From NCBI GenBank assembly GCA_963748625.1, contig CAVVJT010000010.1, forward strand, positions 704,001 through 768,000: a stretch of 64,000 nt of DNA, written 5' to 3'. Shown in pieces: positions 39,517 through 49,123 of this stretch. Below the pieces are notes generated by a model. That model had not been told where the DNA came from and did not search any database. It worked only from the letters and a program-made list of their open reading frames with translations. The position numbers were made by a program, and so were the translations under genes. The stretch comes from an uncultured Chloroflexia bacterium. Its GTDB lineage: Bacteria > Chloroflexota > Limnocylindria > Limnocylindrales > CSP1-4. Every line of letters begins with the position of its first letter. Position 1 is the stretch's first letter.

Positions 39517-41900
39517 TCGTATGCGAGGACCTCTCGGACGCTGGTGCGGGCCGCGCGCCAGGCGGGCAGGAGACTGCCGATCACGGCCAGCCAGAACACA
39601 ACGATGAACCACAGGACGAGACCCTGCGCGCTGATCTCGAAGGCCAGGGGCCGCTGGACGAACGCCTGGCCCAGGGCGTCCGCCAGCACCTTGCTGGCCG
39701 GGATCGACAGCGCGGCCCCGATCAGCCAGGCCATCACGCCGATCACCAGGCCCTCCACCAGGAACAGCAGGAGCACGGCGGTGTCGCTGGCCCCGACCGC
39801 CCGGATGACCCCGATCTCCCGCGATCGCTCCACGACGTTCATGGTCATCGTCCCGGCCAGCCCCAGCCCGCCGACGACGCCGAGCAGTACCGCCATGACG
39901 GAGATGAACAGCACGAGCGTGTCGAACAGCGTGAACAGGGTCGTCGTCACGTCGCTGGTCGTGGTCGTGGCGGACACGCCGATGCCAGCCGCCTCCAGCC
40001 GGTCGCGGACCGCCCCGCCGATCCGTGCCTGGCCGGCGGCCGAGTGGTCGTCCGTGCCGATCATCACGATCCCGGCCCGCCCGGCGTCGCCCAGGCTCCG
40101 CTCCAGGGCCGGCGTCCCGAGGTACAGGAAGGGTGCCATCGCCGGCGACTGGACGATGCCGACCAGCGTCCAGGTGGTGTCGCGGCCACCGATCCGGAGC
40201 GTCACCGCGTCGCCGATCCCGAGATCGGGCTCGTCGCCCAGCAGGTTGGCCGTCGCAACCAGCGCGTTGCCCTCGCCGGGCAGGAGCCAGCGGCCCTCCA
40301 TGACGACGGGACGCACCGTGGTCGCGCCGTCGGGCAGGCCGAACGTGACCCGGGCGGGACTCTCGGAACCGTCGGGACGGATCCGCTGGGCGCTCGCGAA
40401 CCGCCACGGCTCGGCCACGGTCACGCCCGGGACCGCCAGTGCCTCGTCCACCACCGTCGATGCCTTGGCGGGCTCGGACAGCTCCACCTGGACGTCGTAG
40501 TTGAAGTAGCGGACGGTGTCCGCGAGGGTCGCGTACAGCGAGCCGCGAACGGTGAACACGGTCATGAACACCATGCCGCCCACGGCGAGCGCGGCCAGGG
40601 TGAGCCCCAGCCGGACCTTGCGCCGGAAGGTGTTGCGGATCGAGAGCAGCGTCGGTCGCGGAAGGCCACGCAGCCGGGCGAGGGCGGTGTCCAGCCGGCC
40701 GCGGCCGAAGTGCTCGGACGACCCGGGATCGCGCAGCGCCTCGCGGACGGTCATCCGGCCGCCGCGCCAGACCGGGATGGCCGCCGCGAGGATGGGGATC
40801 CCCACGGCGACGGCAACCTGGAGAACGACCGTCTCGAGCGGCACCAGCGGGTGGACCACATCGAAGTTGAGCAGGCCGCTCGCCAGGCTGGCGAGCCCGT
40901 ACGCGGCGAGCGCGGCAAGCGGGATGGCGACCATCGAGGCGAGCAGCCCGTAGGCGACGACGAGCGCGAGGTAGATGCCCGCCACCTGGTGGTCCCGCGC
41001 GCCGATCGCCTTCATCATCCCGACCTGGCGCACCTGCTGGCTGATGATCACGGACACCGTGTTGGCGACCAGGAACCCTGCCATGACGAGGCTCAGGAGC
41101 CCGATCGCGCCGAGCACCACGAACACGGCGGCCAGCAGCTCGTTCGCCGGATGCCTGCCGGGCTCCGGGACCAGCGAGAACGTCACCGGCACGCCCGCCT
41201 TCTCGATCCGGAGCCGCACGTCGTCCGCAATGGCGGCCGCCTGCGACATCGTCGCTCCCGGGTCGTCCAGGCGGATCCGCACCTCGTTGAACGAGTCATC
41301 CCACCCGAGGTCGCGGAGCGTGTCGAAGGTCACGTAGGCGTTGAGCCGGCCGAAGTAGTACGCGGGTGACGCCCCCGGCTCGTGGGCGAGGCCCGACACT
41401 GCCAGGTGGTGTTCCTTCCCCCCGGGCGCCCGGATCCGGATCGTCTGGCCGGCGGCCACGTCCACCAGCCGCAGGGCGGACCGTTCGAAAGCCACCTCAC
41501 CGTCGGCAGGCGGGAACGTCCCGGTCTGGCCCCGGACGAGGTCGATCCGCTGGTCGTCGAAGTCGGTCAGAGCCGTCAGGAGCATCTCCCGCGAGGTGCC
41601 GTCGTCCGCCAGCAGGCGGACGACGACGCTCCGCCGGCCCTCGGCGTCGTCCACCCCGGGTATGCCGCGGACAACGTCCACGAGCTCGCGGTCGAAGCCC
41701 GTGCCCGTGAACAGCGTGGCGGCGGCGGGCCGGGTCGCGGCGAACCCCTCCTCGAGGTTGCGCCTGAGAAGCGCCTCGGCTCCCGCGGTGGCGCCCACGG
41801 CGAACGCGCCGATGGCGATCGACGCGACGACCAGCGCGGTGCGCGCGCGGTACTGGCCCAGGTCACCCCGGACCTTCCGCCAGCGCACGCCGATCGCCAT
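39513..41900 (-). CDS. MacB/FtsX-like ABC permease (duplicated)
   Basis: RQVGMMKAIGA and ERSREIGVIRAVGAS, LLPAWRAAR; ATG 41900. Confidence 0.9.
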   Translation of the reverse strand: MAIGVRWRKVRGDLGQYRARTALVVASIAIGAFAVGATAGAEALLRRNLEEGFAATRPAAATLFTGTGFDRELVDVVRGIPGVDDAEGRRSVVVRLLADDGTSREMLLTALTDFDDQRIDLVRGQTGTFPPADGEVAFERSALRLVDVAAGQTIRIRAPGGKEHHLAVSGLAHEPGASPAYYFGRLNAYVTFDTLRDLGWDDSFNEVRIRLDDPGATMSQAAAIADDVRLRIEKAGVPVTFSLVPEPGRHPANELLAAVFVVLGAIGLLSLVMAGFLVANTVSVIISQQVRQVGMMKAIGARDHQVAGIYLALVVAYGLLASMVAIPLAALAAYGLASLASGLLNFDVVHPLVPLETVVLQVAVAVGIPILAAAIPVWRGGRMTVREALRDPGSSEHFGRGRLDTALARLRGLPRPTLLSIRNTFRRKVRLGLTLAALAVGGMVFMTVFTVRGSLYATLADTVRYFNYDVQVELSEPAKASTVVDEALAVPGVTVAEPWRFASAQRIRPDGSESPARVTFGLPDGATTVRPVVMEGRWLLPGEGNALVATANLLGDEPDLGIGDAVTLRIGGRDTTWTLVGIVQSPAMAPFLYLGTPALERSLGDAGRAGIVMIGTDDHSAAGQARIGGAVRDRLEAAGIGVSATTTTSDVTTTLFTLFDTLVLFISVMAVLLGVVGGLGLAGTMTMNVVERSREIGVIRAVGASDTAVLLLFLVEGLVIGVMAWLIGAALSIPASKVLADALGQAFVQRPLAFEISAQGLVLWFIVVFWLAVIGSLLPAWRAARTSVREVLAYE

Positions 41901-41911
41901 GCGTGGTCCCC

Positions 41912-42646
41912 CTAGCCCCGCGTCGATCGGCGCCGCTGGACAAGGGCCGGTATCGAGTAGTTGTCCATCGCCCGACCCAGCTGGGCGCTCATGCCGTACT
42001 CCTGCACCACCTGCTCGTTCGTGGGCGCATTGGGGAGCTTGACCATCGCGGCGTACTGGCGCAGCTCGGGCAGCATCGCGATCGCCCACATGGCCAGCAC
42101 GGCCACCATGAAGGCGACAGCGGCGGGATCTCCTGTTGTCAGCCACAGCCAGGGCACCATCAGGATGAATCCGGTCCACTCCAGCACGAGGATGTTGCCG
42201 GCGAGGAACCCGATGACCATCCCGAGGGTGAGCATGAGGACCAGCCCGATCGGGTCGATGACGAGCAGGGCGCCCATGATGGCGGATTCGCCCCGGCCGC
42301 CCTTGAAGCGGTGGTAGACGGGCCAGTTGTGCCCCGCGACGCCCGCGGCCGCCGCAAGGTAGAGGTAGGGCTCGCCCGGGTACAGGAGGCGCAGGACGAG
42401 CACCGGGACCGCGACTTTCGCCATGTCCAGGAACGCGACCAGGAGTCCGTACTTCTTCCCCAGCTTCATACGCACGGACGTGGCGCTCACCGCATCGCTG
42501 GTGAACGTCACCCCGTCGCCCACCTCGGTGACGATGTAGGTCACGTCCACGGTGCGATCGACCCGGCGGGCGACGAGGCGCGCGAACGAGATGGAGCCGA
42601 GGAGGTAGCCCGTGGCCACAGCCAGCAGTGCGATCGCGGGTTCCAT
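41912..42646 (-). CDS. plsY: Glycerol-3-phosphate acyltransferase PlsY-like
   Basis: GYLLGSI, LDMAK, GHNWPVY..FKGGRG. Confidence 0.72.
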   Translation of the reverse strand: MEPAIALLAVATGYLLGSISFARLVARRVDRTVDVTYIVTEVGDGVTFTSDAVSATSVRMKLGKKYGLLVAFLDMAKVAVPVLVLRLLYPGEPYLYLAAAAGVAGHNWPVYHRFKGGRGESAIMGALLVIDPIGLVLMLTLGMVIGFLAGNILVLEWTGFILMVPWLWLTTGDPAAVAFMVAVLAMWAIAMLPELRQYAAMVKLPNAPTNEQVVQEYGMSAQLGRAMDNYSIPALVQRRRSTRG

Positions 42647-42838
42647 GCGCAGCCTCCCGTGCCGGCCGGGGACGCGCCGGAACCACCCTGGACCGGGTCG
42701 CCGGCACCTTCCACCGTGATGATCCCACTGTAGCGGTCGACAGCGTGAACTCCCCGCCACGCAGGGTGAGGACCCCCGCAACGGAGACGATGCACGGGAT
42801 TCCATGCTCGCGCACCACGCGAGACGCGCCACGCGACC

Positions 42839-42926
42839 TGGCGGAGCGGGTGAGATTCGAACTCACGAGGGCTTGCACCCCGGCGGTTTTCAAGACCGCT
42901 GCCATCAACCACTCGGCCACCGCTCC
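42839..42926 (-). tRNA. tRNA-Ser (anticodon TGA)
   Basis: Anticodon arm GCGGT-CTTGAAA-ACCGC, long variable arm, GTTCGAATC, CCA. Confidence 0.95.
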
Positions 42927-42976
42927 ACTTCCGAGGATACCAAGGCCCTCGACGACGGCACCGCCGCTGGCTCAGG

Positions 42977-43171
42977 ATGGCGCCAGGTCGATCGAACTGC
43001 CCGAGGTCAGGCGACCCTTTCTCTGCGGGGGGATGGACCACCGCTGACTTGTTGCCGCCGTTCCACGAGTTCGGCCCGGCGTTCGGCCCGCTCTCACTGG
43101 TCGAGGAGCCCGCACCGCCGGACGACGGGCGGGCTGGCGAGTTCTCGTTCGCCGACGAGGACGCCGACTGA
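42977..43171 (+). CDS. Possible small acidic protein
   Basis: 64-aa ORF with non-shadow composition (DLLPPFHEFGPAFGPL...FSFADEDAD). Confidence 0.3.
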   Translation: MAPGRSNCPRSGDPFSAGGWTTADLLPPFHEFGPAFGPLSLVEEPAPPDDGRAGEFSFADEDAD

Positions 43172-43254
43172 CCTTCCAGGCATCCGCCAGGGCCGACGAC
43201 TCCCGGCCCGCGCGCGGGGCCGCCGGTCCCGCTCCTCACGTCGAAGGTGGAGCC

Positions 43255-44181
43255 TCAGTGCTCCAGTCCTTCCGCGCGGGCCCGGCCGGCAGGGAGGCCG
43301 GCTGCGAATGCGGCAAGGAGCAGCAGCCACATGAGCGACCCGGCGACCGAGACCACCGAGAGGAGACCACTAGCCGCCAGGGCCGCGTCAGGGACGGCCA
43401 TGTAGAACAGGCCCGCAAGAAGGCTCCAGAGGCCCTCGGCGAGCATGCCCCAGGCCGCGACGGCGGCCAGCCGCCACCCTGTCGCTGGCGCCTCGCCCGC
43501 GTGCGCGCCCTCCAGCGCCTCGACCGCGAGCACGGCCCAGGCGATGCCGACTGCGAGGCCCGCCACGTTCGAGACAAGGAACGCGCCGAGCATGTCCTCC
43601 TGCCCCTCCGTGCCAAGGAGCGCCGACGTGGCGATGACCGCCGTGGCGACCGGGACCGCGAGCGCGACGACCAGGAGCCGCCGTTCGGGCAGCCGCGAGG
43701 CACGGGTCCGGGCCGCACGGAGCCCCCGCCCGAGCGCGAGCAGGCCGCCGGCCGCGGCGAGCGTGACCGCAACCTGGTACGCCATCGACCAGGGGCTTGG
43801 CCCGAAGGACTCGGTGTCGCCGGCAAGTCCGTCGATCAGGCCCAGGACGTTGCCCCGGAAGGTGCCCGCGAGCACGCTCGCGGCCAGCAGGGCGCAGCCG
43901 AGCACGAGGGTCCGATGCTCCACGAGGGCGTCAGGATGGCGCACGAACAGTGCGGCGCCGAGGAGGGGGGCGGCGACACGACCGGCGATCGCCAAGGAGA
44001 CGGACAGCGTCGTTGCGGGCTCGTCGATCGACGACGAGAGGAGGTCGCTTGCGGCCCGCCACGCCACCAGGGCGGCGACCGCGAGAAATGCCCACGCGGA
44101 CCCGGGGATCCGAGCCGTCCAGTCGGGCAGGTGCGGCCCGCGCGGCTCCTCCCACGTCGGCTCCGGTCGATCCACCGTCAT
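43255..44181 (-). CDS. Multi-TM hypothetical membrane protein
   Basis: About eight hydrophobic segments from ATG 44181. Confidence 0.72.
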   Translation of the reverse strand: MTVDRPEPTWEEPRGPHLPDWTARIPGSAWAFLAVAALVAWRAASDLLSSSIDEPATTLSVSLAIAGRVAAPLLGAALFVRHPDALVEHRTLVLGCALLAASVLAGTFRGNVLGLIDGLAGDTESFGPSPWSMAYQVAVTLAAAGGLLALGRGLRAARTRASRLPERRLLVVALAVPVATAVIATSALLGTEGQEDMLGAFLVSNVAGLAVGIAWAVLAVEALEGAHAGEAPATGWRLAAVAAWGMLAEGLWSLLAGLFYMAVPDAALAASGLLSVVSVAGSLMWLLLLAAFAAGLPAGRARAEGLEH

Positions 44182-44434
44182 GAGCCCTGCAGTCCCCCTG
44201 TCGCTCCTGCGTCGCGCCCACCCTCGGCCGGCGCAGTCGGCCATGGCAGGACCGGGCTCGCTGCGGGCAGGCGGCCGCCGGTGCGATTGTCGCATCCGAC
44301 ACTCGCCCCGCGAACCTGCATGGGTTGCGGCGAGGCGTCAGGACAGCCTTGCAGATCTGCACGATCGGCCATTGCCAGGGGTCGTGGCGCGCGACCACAC
44401 TGGCGACGGTCAGTCCGAGCGAGGACGAGTGATC

Positions 44435-46243
44435 TTGAGCGCGCCCCGCACCCACAAGCCAGGCAACCAGCAGGCAGCACGCGCCGGCGGCGTGGCAGCC
44501 GATGCGCGCGATCGCGACGCACCCGCCGGCGCGCGCTCCGAGGAGCCCGACAGCCGGCTCGAGTTGCTGGCGGCAGGCGGGAAGGGACCCGTGGACTCGA
44601 GGCTGCTGGGCAGCGTCCAGCGGGCAGCCGGCAATCAGGCGACGGCGCAGCTGGTCAAGGACCGCCTCCACAACGGGGTGTCCACGGTCCAACGGCGGGT
44701 CGTCCCGGGCGAGCAGGGCTGGCTCCGGGGCCTGCTCGCGGCGCGGGCCGGCGATCTCTCCACCCGCATCGGCGCCGACCCGGCCGCACGCCTCCTCGGG
44801 CTCGACATGGGTGACCGCGTGGACACGGTCGCCAGCCTGCGAGCCGACGTGGACGCCTTCGAGGTCGCGGTGGGTTCCGCGCCCGGCTTCACCGACCCGA
44901 ACGCGGCCCGGATCGTGAGCGCGCTCGAGGACTCGCAGACGACCGACGCGCTCGGCACGCGCCTCGTCACGCTGTTCCAGGCATCGGTGGACCCGCTGAT
45001 CGGCCTCGCCTGCCTGGTCACGATCGACCGGGACCGGATCCGGGCGGCCCTGCAGGGGGACGTGGCGAGGACCCAGGCCGCCCTCGCGCGCCTCACGGCG
45101 CGCCTCGCAGGCGTGACCATCCCGCCGGGCCTGACCTCGGCCAACACGTTCCTCACGACCCTGGGCGGCGAGCTCGCCGCACCCGCGACCGCCGGCGTGA
45201 CTGCATCCACAGCAGCGCGTGAGGCCCGCGTCGAGCACATCCTCACCCCGCCCGCAGTCGCCGCGGCACGCGCCGAGGCCGCCCGTGCGGGGCGCCCGCC
45301 GCCCGCCTTCACCGAGCCCGGCTACTACAGCGACCTCATCGAGGCGCTCCACCGGGTTGCGACCGACAGCTACCGGTCCGCTGACCAGGTGAACCGCCGC
45401 GCGCCCATGGACATGAGCTCGGGCGGCCGCGTCGAGCAGATCGCGCTGCAGGCCAAGCAGCGGGTGGACCGGCTGTTCGGCGTGTTCGGCTCCGCCGCCA
45501 CGCCCCGGATGCGGATGGGCGTCAACCTGTTCGACCAGTCGGCACGGGCCGGCGACCCGCGGGACATGGCGCGCTGGTTCGTCGAGGACTCGGGCGACGC
45601 GCGAATCCAGCATGTCGACGAGACCCATCATGCCTTCGGCGTGGACCGCGCGAACGTGATCCGCCAGGACGTGATCGACCACTACAGCAACACCGCGCCC
45701 GCCTCTGGGAACCCGCCTGCCGCGGGGCTGGACGCGCGCCTCGGGCTCGACGGCCCCGAGCGCCTGCGCAGGCTCACCCTGACCGACCGGATGTGGCCGG
45801 GGATGCAGCAGGCCGGCCGCGTCTACCTGACGCCACGTGAGGGCCGGACGCCTGCCCAGACGCGCGCCCTGTACTGGGACCTCTTCAAGACGTGCATGCA
45901 CGAGTACCTGCACACCGCGGCCCATCCCGCCTACACCCGCTGGTATGACCGGCTCCAGGATCCGCACCACAAGATCACGTACCAGGAGGGCTTCACCGAC
46001 TGGTTCACGCTGCGGACGTGGCGCTCGGTGTTCCCGGGCGAGGTTGCCTCGAACACGGCGTTCCGCCAGACCATCCAGGGCTCCGCTGACGTGGACCTGC
46101 CGGCTGCCACGGGCGACCCATCGCACTACCCCGAGATGGAGGAGGCACGACAGATGGAGGGCGAGATCGGGCTCGCGAACATGAAGGCCGCCTACTTCCG
46201 CGGCAACACCGCGGTCCTCGGCGGCGGAAGGCTGCCCCGCTGA
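44435..46243 (+). CDS. QRxAGN-motif protein with C-terminal HExxH metallopeptidase-like domain (putative effector)
   Basis: GAGGA RBS then TTG; VQRAAGNQATAQLV...VQRR; HEYLH (45899-45913) plus downstream QEGFT. Confidence 0.72.
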   Translation: MSAPRTHKPGNQQAARAGGVAADARDRDAPAGARSEEPDSRLELLAAGGKGPVDSRLLGSVQRAAGNQATAQLVKDRLHNGVSTVQRRVVPGEQGWLRGLLAARAGDLSTRIGADPAARLLGLDMGDRVDTVASLRADVDAFEVAVGSAPGFTDPNAARIVSALEDSQTTDALGTRLVTLFQASVDPLIGLACLVTIDRDRIRAALQGDVARTQAALARLTARLAGVTIPPGLTSANTFLTTLGGELAAPATAGVTASTAAREARVEHILTPPAVAAARAEAARAGRPPPAFTEPGYYSDLIEALHRVATDSYRSADQVNRRAPMDMSSGGRVEQIALQAKQRVDRLFGVFGSAATPRMRMGVNLFDQSARAGDPRDMARWFVEDSGDARIQHVDETHHAFGVDRANVIRQDVIDHYSNTAPASGNPPAAGLDARLGLDGPERLRRLTLTDRMWPGMQQAGRVYLTPREGRTPAQTRALYWDLFKTCMHEYLHTAAHPAYTRWYDRLQDPHHKITYQEGFTDWFTLRTWRSVFPGEVASNTAFRQTIQGSADVDLPAATGDPSHYPEMEEARQMEGEIGLANMKAAYFRGNTAVLGGGRLPR

Positions 46244-46725
46244 TGAGCGCGACGTCGGACCTGCGGGACGCCGTCACCGGGCGCGTCGATCGCTGGACCT
46301 GGACGCCCGGGCTGGACCCGGCCACCGTCGCCGACGCGCTCGGGACGTCGGTGTCCACGGGACCGATCCAGTACGCCGGCATCCTGCGCCAGGCAGGAAC
46401 GCTGCAGGTTCCGGGAGCTCCGTGGCCGGTGTGGGCGGTCTGGGACGACGACGGGGAGCTCCTCCTCATCGAGGTACTTGAGCCGCCGGCAGCGCCGAGA
46501 GCCGCCGAGGCCATCGCCGCATTCGGCGAGCCGGAGGCGAGGATCGGCCGAGCCCGCGGCCCGCACCCCAGCAATGAGCAGCTCGCCTACCCCTCGCGAG
46601 GCTTCACCCTGTTCGCGTGGCTCGAGGCTGCGCCCGCTGCCGTGTGGCTGTACCGCCCGATGGATTTCGACAACTACGTTGCCGAGCTCGGCGCGACGAT
46701 TCCCCCTACCCGCCAGCGACGTTGA
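46243..46725 (+). CDS. Hypothetical protein, candidate immunity/partner
   Basis: TGATG overlap with upstream stop; 160 aa, no signal peptide. Confidence 0.7.
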   Translation: MSATSDLRDAVTGRVDRWTWTPGLDPATVADALGTSVSTGPIQYAGILRQAGTLQVPGAPWPVWAVWDDDGELLLIEVLEPPAAPRAAEAIAAFGEPEARIGRARGPHPSNEQLAYPSRGFTLFAWLEAAPAAVWLYRPMDFDNYVAELGATIPPTRQRR

Positions 46726-46740
46726 CGAGGAAGGACCGCC

Positions 46741-46941
46741 ATGGACCATGCGAACGCCCGCGTCGAGCGGGACCACCGGACCCCCGCCCAGACCCCAGCA
46801 TCACGGCCGCGGCCGGAGCGGAGTCCCGAGCAGGACATCCTCGAGCTCCAGCGGACAGCCGGCAATCGGGCCGTCGCGGAAGCGCTGGCGCCGGTCCAGC
46901 GCCACAGCCTCGATCCCGAGAATATGGAGCAGCAGCCGTAG
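46741..46941 (+). CDS. 66-aa stand-alone QRxAGN-motif protein
   Basis: AGGAAGGA RBS; [23 protein letters not shown]. Confidence 0.72.
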   Translation: MDHANARVERDHRTPAQTPASRPRPERSPEQDILELQRTAGNRAVAEALAPVQRHSLDPENMEQQP

Positions 46942-47038
46942 GTGCGGCGGACCTGCCGGCAGTAGCGCCGCCCGTACCGCCTCGCCGACGCCTCACCCCC
47001 GGACGGGGCGATCCGCGCGGACCCGGTATCGTTCGGGC

Positions 47039-47794
47039 GTGATCCGTGCGCCCTTTGCCAACCGCGACCTCGCGGACGGCCATCTCATCGATCTACGGGA
47101 CGTCGTCAAGGACTACGTCACCGACGCCGGGCCGTTCCGTGCGCTCAAGGAGGTCAGCCTCCAGGTGGACGCGGGCGAGTTCATCGCGGTCGTCGGGCGG
47201 TCGGGGTGTGGCAAGTCCACGCTGATGAACATGATCACCGGCATCGACCGCGCCACGGCCGGCACGCTCCACGTCGGGGGCACCGAGCTCGCGCGGCTGT
47301 CCGAGAGCCGCATGGCGCAGTGGCGGGGCCGGACCGTGGGCGTGATCTTCCAGTTCTTCCAGCTGCTGCCCACGCTGACGGTCGTCGAGAACGTGATGCT
47401 TCCGATGGACTTCGCGGGGCTCTGGTCGCCCAAGGAGCGCTACGAGCGCGCGATGGCGCTGCTCGAGATGGTGGATATGACCGACCAGGCGACCAAGCTG
47501 CCGGCCTCCACCTCGGGCGGCCAGCAGCAGCGGACCGCCATCGCCCGGTCCCTTGCCAACGACCCGCCGATCATCGTCGCCGATGAGCCGACCGGCAACC
47601 TCGACGCCGCCACGGCCGAGGAGGTGTTCGAGCTGTTCGAATCCCTCGTCCAGGGTGGCCGCACCATCGTGATGGTCACGCACGACCCCGACCTGGCGGT
47701 GAGGACCCGGCGCACGGTGCACATGGTCGACGGGCGGATCATGGACGGCACGCTCGACCCCGCCGCGGCCGCGCTCGCGCCCGCCTCGATCTGA
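47039..47794 (+). CDS. ABC ATP-binding protein, LolD/MacB type
   Basis: [37 protein letters not shown]. Confidence 0.93.
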   Translation: MIRAPFANRDLADGHLIDLRDVVKDYVTDAGPFRALKEVSLQVDAGEFIAVVGRSGCGKSTLMNMITGIDRATAGTLHVGGTELARLSESRMAQWRGRTVGVIFQFFQLLPTLTVVENVMLPMDFAGLWSPKERYERAMALLEMVDMTDQATKLPASTSGGQQQRTAIARSLANDPPIIVADEPTGNLDAATAEEVFELFESLVQGGRTIVMVTHDPDLAVRTRRTVHMVDGRIMDGTLDPAAAALAPASI

Positions 47795-47807
47795 CCTCGC
47801 GCCTGGC

Positions 47808-48597
47808 TCACACGAGCCAGTGCACCACCCAGACATTGGGATCGAGGTACACCCCCCGGTCGGCCTCGAGGTCGATGTCCACCGGCGCAGCGGCGAATGG
47901 CGGCGTGTACAGCCCGCTCACGGGGAAGGGCAGCCCGGTCCACTCGCGCCACTCCGCGACCGTCCCCTCCATCCGCATGGACTCGGGCTCGCCGCGCACC
48001 ACCCGTCCGCCAAGGCGCACGTGGAGCCGGATCCAGGGGTCGAGCGGAAGACCGTCCTCGCGCACCCGGAACGCGTAGTCGTCGATGTCGGCATAGGGAT
48101 CCTGGTCCTTGGCCGTCGGCCGGACGCAGGCGATGAGCGCGGCGAACCCCTGCTCGAGCGCCAGGGCCTGCATGGCCCGCACCATCACGCCGGCCAATCC
48201 CTGGCCCTGGCGGTCCTTGCGGACCACGATCTGGACCGCGCCGAGGGTGTCCGGGGCGGTGCCCGCATCGAGGCCCCCGAACGTCCGGATGATCTGCTGG
48301 TCCCAGCCCGCCGGGAGGTCGTCCTCGGTCCCGTCCCAGGCGAGGGGCGCGCAGTTGAGGCCGGCGACAGGCTCGCCGGCCGCGTCGAGGAGGCGAGCAC
48401 TGGAACCGCCCGAAGTCGTCGAACAGCCGGTCCCAGTACGCCCAGACCACCCGGTCCTGGAGCATGAACTCGGGCCAGACGGAGCCATTGAGGTGGTCGT
48501 GAGCGCGGGCGAGATCCGGCCGCTCGGCCAGCGAGACCAGCGTGTGGCCGGCCGGAAGCGCCAGGCCGAAGGCGGCGAGGCGCTCCCCGGTGGTCAC
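47808..48597 (-). CDS. GNAT-like N-acetyltransferase; frameshift near 48395
   Basis: WPEFM, RQGQGLA acetyl-CoA motif, [20 protein letters not shown]. Confidence 0.75.
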
Positions 48598-48601
48598 GCG
48601 A

Positions 48602-49078
48602 TCAGGCCTTGACCACCACCGTGCCGGCCATCTTGTCGTGCCAGCCCTGGTGGCGCGTGTCAAAGGCCGCCCAGATGAACCCGATGTAGAAGACCAGGGC
48701 GGAGACGAAGTAGCCGAACAGCCGGACGATCCCGCTCACGAAGTCCATCCGGCCACCGTCCTCAGCCCGGACAACGCGGATCTTGAGCAGCATGTTGCCC
48801 GGCGTCTGGCCGTTGCGGGCCCAGAAGTAGGGGAAGTACACGAGCCACAGGACGAGGAAGACGAGGAAGTACAGGATGATCCCGATACCCGCCAGGAACT
48901 CCCGTCCCGCGCTGCCGGCCATGCCGACCAGCGTGCCCAGTGCGAACGCCAGCGCGACGTTGGCGACGGCCACGATCGACGTGTCGATGAGATACGCGAT
49001 GAACCGGGCGATGAACGCGGCGTACTCGACCCCGGGGGTGGGACCGCTGCCCTGCGACGGCTGGTACGGCTGGGACAC
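48602..49078 (-). CDS. RDD family membrane protein
   Basis: [26 protein letters not shown]. Confidence 0.9.
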   Translation of the reverse strand: MSQPYQPSQGSGPTPGVEYAAFIARFIAYLIDTSIVAVANVALAFALGTLVGMAGSAGREFLAGIGIILYFLVFLVLWLVYFPYFWARNGQTPGNMLLKIRVVRAEDGGRMDFVSGIVRLFGYFVSALVFYIGFIWAAFDTRHQGWHDKMAGTVVVKA

Positions 49079-49123
49079 GTGGATTCCTCCTCGAGTTGGG
49101 CGCTCGGCCGACCCGGCGATCCC

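Noticed and set aside
41901-42920. N-terminal extension of the 1135-aa permease ORF
   Set aside because: Overlaps tRNA-Ser and plsY-like gene; real start is 41900
43445-44434. N-terminal 330 aa of the 932-aa ORF
   Set aside because: Antisense to the membrane gene 43255-44181; RBS supports a start near 44435
42839-46941. tRNA-anchored genomic island or prophage
   Set aside because: No integrase, no duplicated tRNA 3' end, and accessory genes lie on the tRNA 5' side
8160-48400. Frameshifts near 8170, 15480, 16343, 18200, 18226, 19492 and 48395 as pseudogenes or programmed frameshifts
   Set aside because: Small indels in G/C-rich context within otherwise intact genes (including aroKB), no slippery heptamers or other decay; best explained by assembly error, pending read check
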